A DNA stretch of 64,000 bases from Mobula hypostoma (Eukaryota): contig NC_086118.1 of NCBI RefSeq assembly GCF_963921235.1, positions 24,554,001 to 24,618,000 of the forward strand, in the 5' to 3' direction. Shown here piece after piece: positions 34,191 to 46,345 of the stretch. A program made the position numbers and the translations under genes. Under the pieces are notes generated by a model. It saw only the letters and a list, made by a program, of their open reading frames with translations. It was not told the origin of the DNA and searched no databases. Each line of letters opens with the position of its first letter. Position 1 is the first letter of the stretch.

Positions 34191-36025
34191 GTTTGATAAG
34201 GGCAATCAACATCCATCTCTTTTCGTTCCCTATGCTGAGCTCCTACCCCACCTCCTTTCAAAACGTCACCACCCCAGCCTCGTTTACCTTCTTTAGCCTA
34301 ACCACCCCACCCCCACTCTTGCCCTTTCCCTCCATTCTACGCTATATGCTTTCTGTGAAGTAAGAAGACATTTGGAAACTCGTTGGAAAACAGAACATTG
34401 GGAAAGCTGCAAGGCCCTGATGGTGTTTCATCTGGTACTCTGAGGCACTATGTGGATCAGCTAGCACCTGTCTTCACTAAGGTATTTAACACTTCCCTGC
34501 AATTATGCAGGGTTCTAGACTGCTTTAAAGTTGCTACACTCATTGCAGTTCCCAAGAAAGTCAAGATCACTGAACTTAATGTTTATAGACCAGTCTCTCT
34601 GACTTCAGTAGTTATGAAAACTTTTGAACACCTGATGTTGGCCTACCTTAAGTCCATTTTTGACCCTCTTCTTGACCCACCGCAGTTTTGCTTATAGGGC
34701 AAATCATTCAAGCAAGGATGAAGTTAACGTGTCTACATTACATTCTTCAACATTTGGACTCTCCCAACACCTACCATATGTGAGGATCTTGTTTGTGGAT
34801 TTCAGCTCTGCCTTCAATACTATTGTTCCAGAGTTGTTCCACAGCCACCTAACCCAGATAGCCGTGTCCTACAGCATCTGTCGGTGGATCACAAACTTCC
34901 TGACAGGAAAGGAGCAGTATAGAAGGCTGGGCTCCTACTTGTCCAATCTAATGTCTATAAGCACAGGCTCTCCCTAGGGCTGTGTTCTTTCACCCCTCCT
35001 GTTCTCACTTTATACAATTGACTGTATCTCCACAGATAAATGCATTAAAATCCTAAAGTTCACTATAACATGACTGTACTTGGCCTCGTCTCTATTAATG
35101 GTGTGACCTACTACCAAAGAGAGGTAGACTGTCTTGCAGTATGGTGTGCACGTAACAACTTGGAGCTTAATGCTATCAAGACAGTAGAAATGAGGATTGA
35201 CTTTTGCCAACTACCTCCTACCTGCTTCCTAGGAAATTAATGGTCAGGCTGTGTCTGTGGTCAAGTCATTCAAGTTCCTGGGGACTACTATTACCAATAT
35301 ATTGAAGTGGGACAAGCACATTACGCTCAACACTAGCAACGCCCAGCAAAGATTTTACTTCCTATGTCAGCTTAGGAAATTAACATCTCAGGGCGTATCC
35401 TGATGAATTTTTACTCAGCCATCATTGAGATCGTTGCAACTACAGTACTTCTATCACTGTTTGGTTTGCCCTCCCACTTCCTCCCTCTCCAAGTCCAGGT
35501 TGCAGCGAGCGGTCTGTTCGGCCGAGAAGATCGTTGGCTGTCAGCTACTGACATTAGAAGACCAGTTCTTTGCCAAAGCGAAGAAAAGAGCTGAAAAACG
35601 TTTACTGCTGACTCTACCCGCCCTAACAGTCACCTACTCACCAAATTACCATTGGGGAGATGCTACAAGTCCTTCACCACCAGACTACCTGTCATCTCCG
35701 AAGCTTCTTTCCTGTAGCTATCCAGCTTCTCAGCAAAACTCATGGGTTGTAATACCCTAACCGTCCCAGCACAACATCCGTTAAATGGTCTATCCTGCTA
35801 TCCTTGTTCTATTGACTGAATGTTTATATGTTCACATGTACACTGTGCATGTGACCGTTCGGCTAACTTTTGATTACTCATGGCAGTTTGCACTACTGTC
35901 TTGTAAGTTGTTAGTTGCTATTGTGTTGTCTGTTATGATATTTTCCTGTGTTTTATGCTTGACAGTGAACCACAGCCATTTTGGGTATGTTTCACATATT
36001 GGCAATAAAGTGATTCTGATATTTT
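34191..36025 (+). mobile_element. Rex1/Babar-type LINE nested in CR1
   Basis: GPDGVS..YRPVSLTSVVMKTFE..YVRILFVDFSSAFNTIVP..GCVLSPLLFSLYT; ends aataaagtgattctgat. Confidence 0.85.
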
Positions 36026-36029
36026 AAGA

Positions 36030-36705
36030 TCTTCGAGGATATTGCCTGGGCTCATGGGCCTGAGTTATAGGAAGAGATTGGTCTTGCTGGGCCTTTATTT
36101 CTTGGAATGTAGGAGAATGAGCGGAAACCTTATGGAAATGTTTAAAATTGTGAGAGGCATTTGTTCAGTCGTTAAGTCATGTCTGACTCTCTGTGACCTC
36201 ATGGACCATAGGGTCCATAGTGTTTTCATGGCAAGATATGAAAGTAGATTGTCAGGCCTCTCTTCCGCATAGATATTGCTGCTGTCCAGGTTGGGACCCA
36301 GCTGGGTTTGAACTCAGGACCATCTGCCTTGAAGTCCAGTGCTGATACCACTACACCATCAGCTGGCATACATAAGGTGAATGGTAACACTATTTTCCCC
36401 AAGGTAGGGGAGACCAAAACTAGGGGGCAGAGATTTAGTGTGAGAGAGGAAAGATTTAAAAAGGACTTGAGAGGAAGCTTGTTTTTACACAGAGGATGGT
36501 GAGTATATGGAATGAGATGCCAGAGAAAGTGCTTAAGGCAGGTACAATGGTATCATTTAAGAAGCACTTGGAGGGGCAAGGTTAGAGGGATATGGTCCAA
36601 ATGCAAAGTATTGGTAGTAGCTGGGTGTGCCTGTGGCTGGCATAGACTATTTGGGCTGAAAGGCCTGAATCCTTGCTGTACTGCTGTATGACTCTGTGAC
36701 TCTGT
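36030..36705 (+). mobile_element. CR1 3' end split by a SINE
   Basis: LECRRMSGNLMEMFKIVRGI | KVNG..KTRGQRF; tail tatgactctgtgactctg. Confidence 0.8.
36161..36367 (-). mobile_element. tRNA-headed SINE with RTE/BovB-like 3' tail
   Basis: Minus strand GATGGTGTAGTGG (A box) and GAGTTCAAACCC (B box); tail GTCCATGAGGTCACAGAGAGTCAGACATGACTTAACGACTGAACAA; ggcat repeated at both junctions. Confidence 0.75.
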
Positions 36706-36886
36706 GGTGAAATGCTTTTCATGGCTCAGAATACTCTTGGCTTCTGTGCAGTTCAACATAATGGTCAAGAATGTGCTGATGCATTTGGCTTTCTACTCCA
36801 CAAATGAATCAGTTTGAAACTTAGTCATGCTGAGTTGAGTGGGCAGGTGCCCCTTGTATTCCTCAGTGCTGCTACACATAACTCTC

Positions 36887-37140
36887 ACGCACAGTAGCAT
36901 AACAGCTCCTGTTGTTGCTTTCCAGTTCCAGTGACCCTTGCTCAGTCTTGATCTTGGGTGCTGTCTTTATGGAGATTACACACTCTCCCTGTGTCACTGG
37001 GATTTTCCATAGGTACGTTAGTTTCGTCCTACATCCAAACAATTTCCCGAATGCTAGGGGTGAATGATACAGTGAATGTTCTGGAGTAAAGGTGTGTGTT
37101 TGGAGAACTGGGGAATTGATGAGCATTTTTTGTAAAAGAG
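36887..37140 (+). mobile_element. Degenerate HE1/V-SINE-like SINE
   Basis: ctctccctgtgtcactgggattttcc..gtttcgtcctacatccaaac. Confidence 0.5.
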
Positions 37141-37171
37141 GATGAAGCAAGTGGGGGAATGATATTGACAG

Positions 37172-38090
37172 GATCAGAATAAGAATCACGTTTAATTTCA
37201 CCAGCATATGCTGTGAAATTTATGGCAACAGCACAATGCAATACATAATAATATGGAATAAAGCTGTGAATTACAATATATATAAAATAGTTAAATTAAA
37301 TAAGTAGTGCAAAAATAGAAATAAAAGATGTAGTGAGGTAATGTTCATGTTTTCAATGGCCATCCAGAAATTGGATGGCAAAGGGGAAGAAGCTGTTCCT
37401 GAATCACAGAGTGTGTGTCTTCATGCTTCTGTACCTCCTTCCTGATGTTAGCAATGAGAACAAGGCATGACCTGGTTGATGGGGTTCCTTAATGATGGAC
37501 ACCTCCTTTTTGAGGCATCACTCCTCTAAGATATGCTGGATGCTATGCAGGAACGTGCTCATGGTGGAGCTGACTAAGTTTACAACTCTCTGCAGCTTAT
37601 TTTGAACCTGTGTAGTAGCCCCCCTCCCCATGCCAGACTGTGATGCAGCCAGTTAGAATGCTCTCCGTGGTACATCTGTTGAAGTTACCAAGTATTTTTG
37701 GAAAACGTAATGTCAAATTTTCTCAAATTCATGATGAAATATAACCACTGTTGTGCCTTCTTTAAAGCTGCATCAATATATTGGGTCCAGGACAGATCCT
37801 CAGGTATATTGACACCCAGGAATTTGAAACTGCTCACACTTTTCAATTCTGATCCCTTTATGAGAACTGGTGTGTGTTTCCTCTTCTTAACCTTTCTGAA
37901 GTCCACAGTCAGTTCTTTGGTCTTACTGATGCTGAGCCCAAGGTTGTGGCTGCAATACCACTCAACTAACTGATATGTCTCACTCCTGTACACCCTCTCA
38001 TCTCCATCTGAAATTCTGCCAACAGTGGTTGTATCGTCAGCAAATGTATAGATGGCATTTGAGCTGTGCCTAGTCATGGGGTTGCAGTGA
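37172..38090 (-). mobile_element. Rex/Babar-type LINE 3' part
   Basis: IYTFADDTTTVGRISDGDE..KTKELTVDFRK..FKFLGVNIPEDLSW; (ATTCTG)n-type tail. Confidence 0.85.
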
Positions 38091-38417
38091 ATGGGCTGAA
38101 CCTCCTCCATCATTATTGGAAGGAGCACATGCATTTCAATAGTCAGATCTCTGCACAAAGTGGTTTGTTGCCTTTCATTTACTTATCTGATCTTAATTAA
38201 TTTATATTAATAAAGTTATTTTGGGTAAGCTTTTATACTTTTGCTTCAATTAGTTTAATCTTAAGTAAAGCTCTTCCATCTTCTAAATAGCAACTAGGGA
38301 CAAAAAAATGTTGCCTTATCAGTGGCAACCATACTTACAGAAAGAATAAAGAAAATCTCCAGTTGTTGAGTCCTTGGATTAACCTGATGCATGGAAAAGT
38401 TTATCAGACTTTCTAAT

Positions 38418-38564
38418 GGAGACACAAGAGACAGTCTGTTGAACCTAGAGCTGGAGGAACTCAGGAGGTCAGGCAGCATTTGTGAGGGAAGTAGACAGTC
38501 AATGTTTCGAGTTGAGACCCTTCATTCGGGCTGGCGAAGCAGCCCAAATGAAAAGTCTCAACCC
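38418..38564. mobile_element. Decayed inverted PLE terminal-repeat pair, truncated
   Basis: Minus arm with hammerhead remnant (gtttcgagttgagacccttcattcgggctg) followed by inverted cagcccaaatgaaaagtctcaaccc. Confidence 0.6.
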
Positions 38565-38990
38565 AGTAGCAGGGTGAGCTGCCTCAACAACTATCACCCA
38601 GTTGAACTCACATCTACTGTGATGTAGTGTTTTGAGAGGTTGGAGATGGACTGAGTCAACTTCTGCCGAACCAAGGGCCTGACCTCACTGCAATTTGCCC
38701 ATCACCATAGTACGTCTACAGCGGATGCAATCACACTGGCTCTCCTCTCAACCTTTGATCACCTGGGTAATAGCAATACCTACATCAGTCTGCTGTTTAT
38801 TGATCACAGCTCAGTGCTCAACATTATCGTACCCTCAGTTCTAATCAACAAGCCCCTAAACCTGGGCTTCTATACCTCCCTCTGCAATTGGATCCATGAC
38901 TTCCTCATTGCCAGTGAGGATCGGATATAACATCTCCTCCTCACTGACAATCAACACCAGCATACCTCAAGGATGCATGCTTAGCCCTTC
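38565..38990 (+). mobile_element. Rex/Babar-type RT fragment
   Basis: SCLNNYHPVELTSTVM..LLFIDHSSVLNII..PQGCMLSP. Confidence 0.75.
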
Positions 38991-39180
38991 TGAATAGGAA
39001 ACATAATAGAAGCGGAGGTTGATCGCTTCTCGATTGGTCAGGGCATGAAAGCATATAGGACGAGGAAGACAGGAGATTGGAGCTGAGTGGAAAAATAGAT
39101 TAGCCTTGATGAAATGGCACAGCAGACTCAATGGGCCAAATGGCCTAATTCTGCTCCTATATTTTTTGGTCTTATGGTCA
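38991..39180 (+). mobile_element. CR1 3' tail
   Basis: atgggccaaatggcctaattctgctcctat..ggtcttatgg. Confidence 0.75.
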
Positions 39181-39344
39181 TCTGCTTTCAGAGCTAAGAG
39201 CTAATTAGTAATGTGGAACAAAAGTACCAAATCTCACATATTATTAAACATTTATGCAATTATAACAATATTCAAAAGAACAATTCAGAGAGAGGGAGGA
39301 GATTTGAGGAAGGCACGTAAAATATAAATCAGTCTACATTTTCA

Positions 39345-39592
39345 TTTATTATTTATTTATTGGCACACAGTGCAGAATAGCCCCTCCCGGCCCTTCGAGG
39401 CTCGCTGCCCAACAATCTCCCAACTTAACATTGCCTAGTCATGAGACAATTTACAATGACCCATCAACCAACTAACAGTACGCCTTGTACTGTGAGAGGA
39501 AACACACACAGTCACGGGGAGAACATACAAACTCCTTACAGGCAGCAACGCCTGTACTGTACAACGTTTTGCTAACCACCATGCTACCACGC
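39345..39592 (-). mobile_element. HE1/V-SINE-like SINE
   Basis: Homologous to 45541-45803 and 20031-20290. Confidence 0.7.
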
Positions 39593-40481
39593 AGTCAGTA
39601 GCAAGCTGCCCAGGTTATGGCAATTTTGCGCATAACCAGCTGTATCAATTTGTGTTTCTAAACTTGTTCATAATGTGCCTGGTGGCAAATGAGGTTAATT
39701 CTCTGTAAGGAACACACACGTCGCACCATTTTAGTATGTGTCTTGAAGCAGAATGGAAATGTTATACCCATCTATTTTAAAAACTGGCTTGTATTACCAA
39801 GAAAAAAATCCAATTGTTAATAAAAATGATTTTGAAACATCAGTGCCCATAAAAAGATGTTGCATAGTGCTTTTATAAGTGAGCAATATTTAAAACCAGG
39901 CTATTTCTTCTATAAGCATTTTGCCAGTTTGGGAGCCAATAATATGTAAGAGTCTTTTGACATGTACTAATTGTCATCAGCCTTTTTTTTTGCTACTGTC
40001 CTCACACTAATAGAACTGTTGTATTTCTCCTGATTGTAAAACTTTGTAACTTGATGTAACTTGAATGAAAACAGCTTGCTGTCAAGCTAGAAACTACTTT
40101 CTATTCCCATTAGCATTCTTCACATTCACGCTGCTTTTCCTACATTTTAACCTACTGCCTTGCACTTGCAACCGACTTCCTTCAAAGTTACACATGAAGA
40201 GAAACTCAACTCTAATGATGAATGCATTTGCCATCACAGTCATAGAACAACACATCAGTGTAATCAGGAACAGCAGAGGCTAGCATTTTGGCTTCTGTTT
40301 AGCACTGTGAGTCACATTAAATCACAATTATTCATTAGGAGATGCTAATATAAAATTCAACATTCAATGAATCAAGGCAAGAGATCACAGCTTTCTAGGT
40401 TCTAATATATGATGTTGTTACAGTTAAATGTAGAGCTGCTTTTATGGCTCCAGTTGCATCCAAGCTCCCTATTCTCGCAAG

Positions 40482-41240
40482 TGTCATAGTCATAGTCATA
40501 GTTATAGTCATAGTCATACTTTATTGATCCTGGGGGAGATTGGTTTTCGTTACAGTTGCACCATAAATAATAAATAGTAATAAAACCATAAACAGTTAAA
40601 TAGTAATATGTAAATTGTGCCAGGAAATAAGTCCAGGACCAGCCTATTGGCTCAGGGTGTCTGACCCTCCAAGGGAGGAGTTGTAAAGTTTGATGGCCAC
40701 AGGCAGGAATGACTTCCTATGACGCTCTGTGTTGCATCTCAGTGGAACGAGTCTTTGGCTGAATGTACTCCTGTGCCCACCCAGTACATTATGTAGTGGA
40801 TGGGAGACATTGTCCAAGACGGCATGCAACCTGGACAGCATCCTCTTTTCAGACACCACCGTCAGAGAGTCCAGTTCCATCCCCACAACATCACTGGCCT
40901 TACGAATGAGTTTGTTGATTCTGTTGATGTCTGCTACCCTCAGCCTGCTGCCCCAGCACACAACAGCAAACATGATCACACTGGCCACCACAGACTTGTA
41001 GAACATCCTCAGCATCGTCCGGCAAATTTTAAAGGACCTCAGTCTCCTCAGGAAATAGAGACGGCTCTGACCCTTCTTGTAGACAGCCTCAGTGTTCTTT
41101 AACCAGTCCAGTTTATTGTCAATTCGTATCCCCAGGTATTTGTAATCCTCCACCATGTCCACACTGACCCCCGGATGGAAACAGGGGTCACCGGTACCTT
41201 AGCTCTCCTCAGGTCTACCACCAGCTCCTTAGTCTTTTCT
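40482..41240 (-). mobile_element. Rex1-type LINE 3' end, well preserved, (TATGAC)n tail
   Basis: 172-aa ORF YKYLGIRIDNKLDW..KKGQSRLYFLRRLRSF..FAVVCWGS..SFLPVAIKLYN; AATAAA plus tandem hexamer tail at 40482-40518. Confidence 0.9.
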
Positions 41241-42619
41241 CTAGTTGTGTAACCATTTACTGAAAACAACACTGAAATCAGAACAAGCTGGATGAATGTA
41301 CACAAAATCAACAGGAGTTCCAATGTACAAAGTTCACCTTTGCCTCCCAATATTCCTCGCTCAGAGAAGTTTACAAATGGAGATCGATGTGTTTCTAACT
41401 AGATGTACTTGGACATTGATAAAATTGTAACATTTGGCTTCCATATACCGGATCTTTCGATTTGTTCTGTCCCAGGATGCAGTGTTTGCAAGATTCTATT
41501 TTCCACTTCCTCACGTATCTTCCAAAAGTTGAGATCAGTGATGGGACTGTTCAGTAGCAATTGTTTACATTGTAATGTTCACACTCTGAGTCTCATTCGG
41601 ACAAATGTCATTGTATTAATAAATAGGACAGGTAGTTAAAACATTCTTAACCTTTCTATATTTCATCCAGAAGCCAATTTGAAATTAAACAATTTCCTTG
41701 ATTCATGTGTTTATCAATCAAAAGATATAGAAAGCTGAAGTTTATTTAGGTATGAGTCATCTTTGGTTTTGAAGTGGATTATGGATTTTTTTACATGAAT
41801 ATACTTTCTGACAACCTTCCAAATTAAAATATCAAATTTTATTATCTCCTAATCCTTCAGTTTTTAAAATCCGCAGTTAAAAATTTCTGGTAACTCTACT
41901 GAAATCTCTGTTTACTTAGGGCAGCTCTGCTTGAGCTACACTTAAACCTTTGGTTATTATCACACAGCAGCTTGGAACAGCTTGCTCCATGTAAAATCTG
42001 CTAGCTTAGAAAGTGAATCATATGTGCTAGAGGATACAATTTTAGTGAAAAGTCACTGGTGAAGTTAAAGACAAGGTATCTATAGAGTCGAGCTTGCTGG
42101 GTGCAGCTCGTCACTAAGTTGTGTATTAATCAGGCACTCATTTGAACTGAATTCAGGAGGCTAAACTTTCCAGAAGGTTAATCTGGATCCTAATGGCTGC
42201 ACACTTAACTGCTGTCATAAAGATGGGACAGGACAGATTACAGCCATGGAAGTTTCACATCTGTGCTCCATCAGAGGCTTCATGGCAAATGGCTCTGAAA
42301 ACACCATGTGGAATGGAGACCTGCGACTTTGCCAAATCAGGCCTCATGTTTACTAATTATGACCTCACCTATAGGTCACCAGACTGGAGAAACTGCTGGA
42401 TGTAAAGCCGATTACCCTAGGAAGGTGCTTCATTTTGAATAGAGGACAGCAGATTCAGATGATCTAATTCCATAATGCTGCTACCTTTGCTTGTCCTGCT
42501 CTTTCTATTCTCTCCAAAAGCCTACTGTTTTTCCTCCATGGTTTCCTTATACTCTGTACTTATAAATTCCCTCTGAAAGACAGTAAATGAGCAGCTGCAA
42601 CAAGTATTTCAATTATAAG

Positions 42620-43165
42620 AAGTCCTTTCTTTACTGGATGTCGCATATGGAGTTTTGAAGGACTCATCAGAGGATCTGAATGAATACACACCATGGTTGT
42701 CATTGTTTTATGAAAACAGTTGTAGTTGAGTAGGTGCCCAAAAAGCCTTCAGACTCTTCCACAATTAGAAGGCCTGGATGAACATGAGATCTCCAGTCTG
42801 CTGAGGGCCAGATCAATGGTGTTCTTGAAACAGAGGTGATAACTTCACTCACCCCCATCACTGAACTGTTTCCACAACCTGTGGACTCACATTCAAGGAT
42901 TCTTCATCTCATGTTCTCAATATTTATTGTTTATTTATTTATTCTTATTATTGTTATTTCCTGTTTTTAGTTCTTTTTGATTTTGCACAGTTTCTTGACT
43001 TATGCACATTGGTTATTTGCCCATCCTGTTGGGCATGGTACTTCATTGATCCTATTGTGTTTCTTGAACTTACTGTGAATGTCTGCAAGAAAATTAATCT
43101 CAAGGTCATATATGCTGACAAATATATATTTTGATGATAAATTTATTTTTTGAACTTTAAACTCA
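42620..43165 (+). mobile_element. Rex/Babar-type fragments and 3' tail
   Basis: N.KAWMN-like remnant; tail shared with 15620-15750 and 62030-62155. Confidence 0.5.
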
Positions 43166-44241
43166 ACAGTGAACCACACAAATAACTTGCTCTATAAATA
43201 TTGAGAGGTTGAAGTCACTACTATCAGCTGAACTGGGAGTTTTAACTTCTCACATGCTCAGCAACATTTTCTAGCTCTGGGAATGTTAGATGCAAAGAGG
43301 TCAAATTGCAGGCAAAAGAAATATTCTTTGCTTCACCATGTTCTTCCATCTCTCTTAATTTATTTTATGAATTTCTATTGGGCATCTTACAACTGAAAAA
43401 AAATCATCCCCGAGAATGTCTTATTGAAATGCTGTCAGAACGTTCAGATATGGCCCAAGTGCAGAAAGAGAGACTGAAGCGTGTCAATAGTTCACAGACT
43501 TTAAGCAAACTTTGTAGAATTTTAAGAAAGGAAAACAATAAGCGCTAGGCCAACAGGGCCATTAAGTAGAACTCTTGAACTGAAAGTAATATGCCAACAC
43601 TGTGGCTAAAAGCAATATCTAAATACTAAATGAATGTCGCTCCCTTCCAGCGTCAGTGGAAACAGTAGTCCTCTTTCTCAAACAAGTACAAAAGTAAGCA
43701 GGGAATGTGACGTTGCTGTGCCTTACTCAAGTCCCGACAAGACTACAATGAAAATAAGCCCGCCATGATGAAACACCAATTAGCTGGAATGGGCATATTC
43801 ACAAGCACAATTGCCAAACCTACTGTACAGCCCAGCTTCAGGGGCGTGGAAACCCCACAATAGAGTTCACGGTTGTGACAAATGCTATTTCCTTTTTAAT
43901 GGATGATAAAACTTCCTTATGTTGGGCATTATCAGGACTCTCCAGATCTAACATAATTGCATTGAAATATGAATGCTTCATTGATACAGTACAATAGATA
44001 TTTAACAGGTCAGTCAAAAAGAACTGTGAATGTAATACATTTGTAATGCAGCAAAACATCTAAAGTTCAGCTTCCCATTTCACACAATGAGGTAGTGGGT
44101 GACAGTTTTGTCAGAAAGGGTTTTTACAAAAGCTCTTAAAGGAAAGCAAGGCAGACAGGAAAGAGCGATGTTGGCAAAGTTGAAGAATCTAGGATTGGAA
44201 ATGTGGTACTTGGAATCCAGGCAGCTGATCCATCTGTAGAG

Positions 44242-44321
44242 CAGGGGTTCCCAATCATTTTTATGCCATGGACCCTTACCATTATCCGAGGGGTGTGTGA
44301 ACCCCAGGTTGGGAACCCCTG
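44242..44321. mobile_element. 80-bp hAT (Charlie-like) MITE
   Basis: TIRs CAGGGGTTCCCAA / TTGGGAACCCCTG; flanks ctgtagag / gtctagaa resemble an NTCTAGAN target. Confidence 0.8.
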
Positions 44322-44929
44322 GTCTAGAATCAAACCAGTATGGAGTGCAAGTGATGCAAAGCAGTCAAAGAAACGGTTGAGATTACCTAAGTATTGAGAT
44401 CAAAGCCTTGAGTGGCCCAAAGTATTCGGATGGGACCTTTAAATTGGGACAATTGAGAATGAAGGTCCTGAGTGAGATGGGATATAAGAAGCAGGGTTGG
44501 TGTACAATAAAGCTTACAGATCATGGAGGACAGGGTTTGGCCTTGTTGGCCTTGCAGTAGTTGTCAAGGGCAGGTTTATCTTTAATTGGAATTTTAACCA
44601 CGTGGGCTTTAAAGAGAAGCATTAATATTAGTATTTCAAATATTCAGTAACTGAGTGAGGGGCAGTGGATATCTACTAGGGAATTAGTCAGCCCTTTCAG
44701 CTGGGTGCACATTGTAAGTAAGTGGCTTTAAGTGGTTAAGCCACACTGTTCTGGTCACCACATTAATGGAAAGATGTGAAGGTACAGAGGAATTTTACAA
44801 AGAGGTTTCCAGGATTAGAAAATTGTCACCTTGTGGACTGAATGGATAAGCATGGATTGTTTTTATTTAGAAAAGTGAAGGCTGAGGGAAGACTTAATTG
44901 AGGTATAGAAATTTCTGAGGGCCTAGAGC

Positions 44930-45310
44930 TAATATGACTGGTGGGGTGGAAATGCGTCTCTATCAAAGGAGGTGTAAGGCGCTCCTACCCTCTGTTAGCC
45001 TGCAGGTGACCCTTGGGCAAGGAAGGTGTAGCACCTGCTAAGCCCCCTCTCCCAATCAGGTTTACATAAACCCATGGCACCAGAATCTGGATGGTTGTAT
45101 ATCTCAAGTCCTAGTTTTGCGACCACTGACACCAGGTAGACAATCTCTGAAGAATATTGATAATAGCTGGGGTCACCCATCTTGTAAAGACACTGCTCAA
45201 AAGGAGGCAATGGGAAAAAAAATCTGTAGAAAAAATTGTCAAAAATGATCGTGGTTATGAGACCATGATCACCTACGCCATACAACACAGCACGCAATGA
45301 TGATAATAAG
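44930..45310 (+). mobile_element. RTE-associated SINE-like repeat inside a decayed CR1 3' end (about 44740-45520)
   Basis: CORE-like gtgacccttgggcaag; ggcaatgggaaa..gagaccatgatc..(TGA)n tail; flanks read as CR1. Confidence 0.55.
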
Positions 45311-45540
45311 TTGAAAGTGGTGATAGCAAAACAGAGGAGAGATTAGGAAAAGATTTTCACCCAGATAACGATTGAAGTCTTGGACTCATGACTGGAAGAG
45401 CAGTAGAGATAGAAATCCTCATTAGTTTTAGAAGGTTTGTGAACTGCAACTGTGAATGGGTGGGGTTAGATTGGGTAGCTCTTGTTAACTAACTCAGTTC
45501 TCCTTCTGTGTTGTAATTTCCCATGGTAATGCACCTTTAC

Positions 45541-45803
45541 TTTTAATTTATTGAGATACAGTGTGGAATAGGCCCTTCCAGCCCTTCGAGCCACACTGCC
45601 CAGAAATCTTGGGACAATTTACAATGACCAATTAACCAACCAACTGGTACATCTTTGGACTGTGGGAGAAAGCCAGAGCACCCAGAGGAAATCAACATGG
45701 TCATGGGGAGAACATACGATAACCTGAAAGGCAGTGGCGGGAAATGAACCCCAGTTAAATTTACTGTAAAGCGTTGTGCTAACCATTATGCCTCTGTGTC
45801 GCC
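45541..45803 (-). mobile_element. HE1/V-SINE-like SINE
   Basis: GGTTAGCACAACGCTTTACAG..GGGTTCATTTCCCG..GGGTGCTCTGGCTTTCTCCCACAGTCCAAAGATGT. Confidence 0.75.
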
Positions 45804-46010
45804 CCTTCATGCACGTAGACAAGGATAGTGAGAAGTCTAATACATAGACAAGAATAGGACTGGACCTGAACAGCCCTAAACATATCAAATGTTTGCAGGG
45901 AGGTAGTATAGGGGACTGGACAAAGAAAAAATGGCAAATGAAGTACAATCAACACACATAAAAGTTGCTGGTGAACACAACAGGCCAGGCAGCATCTCTA
46001 GGAAGAGGTA

Positions 46011-46049
46011 CAGTCGAGGGTTTCGGGCCGAGACCCTTCTTCAGGACTA
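46011..46049 (-). ncRNA. Hammerhead motif in the PLE 3' repeat, stem III altered
   Basis: UAGUC CUGAAGA AGGGUCUCGGCCC GAAAC CCUC GACUG. Confidence 0.6.
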
Positions 46050-46345
46050 ACTGAAGGAAGAGCTAGTAAAAGTTTTGAAAGTGGGAGGAGGAGGGGGAGA
46101 TCCGAAATGATAGGAGAAGACAGGAAGGGGAGGGATGGAGCCAAGAGCTGGACAGTTGATTGGCAAAAGGGATATGAGAGGGAGATGCCAGGAGGCCGAG
46201 GGAGAAAGAAAAGGGGGAGGGGGGAAAAAAAGCAGAGGATGGCAAGGGTTATAGTGTGGAGGACAGAGGGAGAAAAAAGAGAGAGAGAAAAAGAATGTGT
46301 GTACATAAATAAATAACGGATGGGGTACAAGGGGCAGGTGGAGCA

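Noticed and set aside
41400..41640. Possible minus-strand exon
   Set aside because: Open frames exist, but the splice sites are weak and the peptide is unrecognised.
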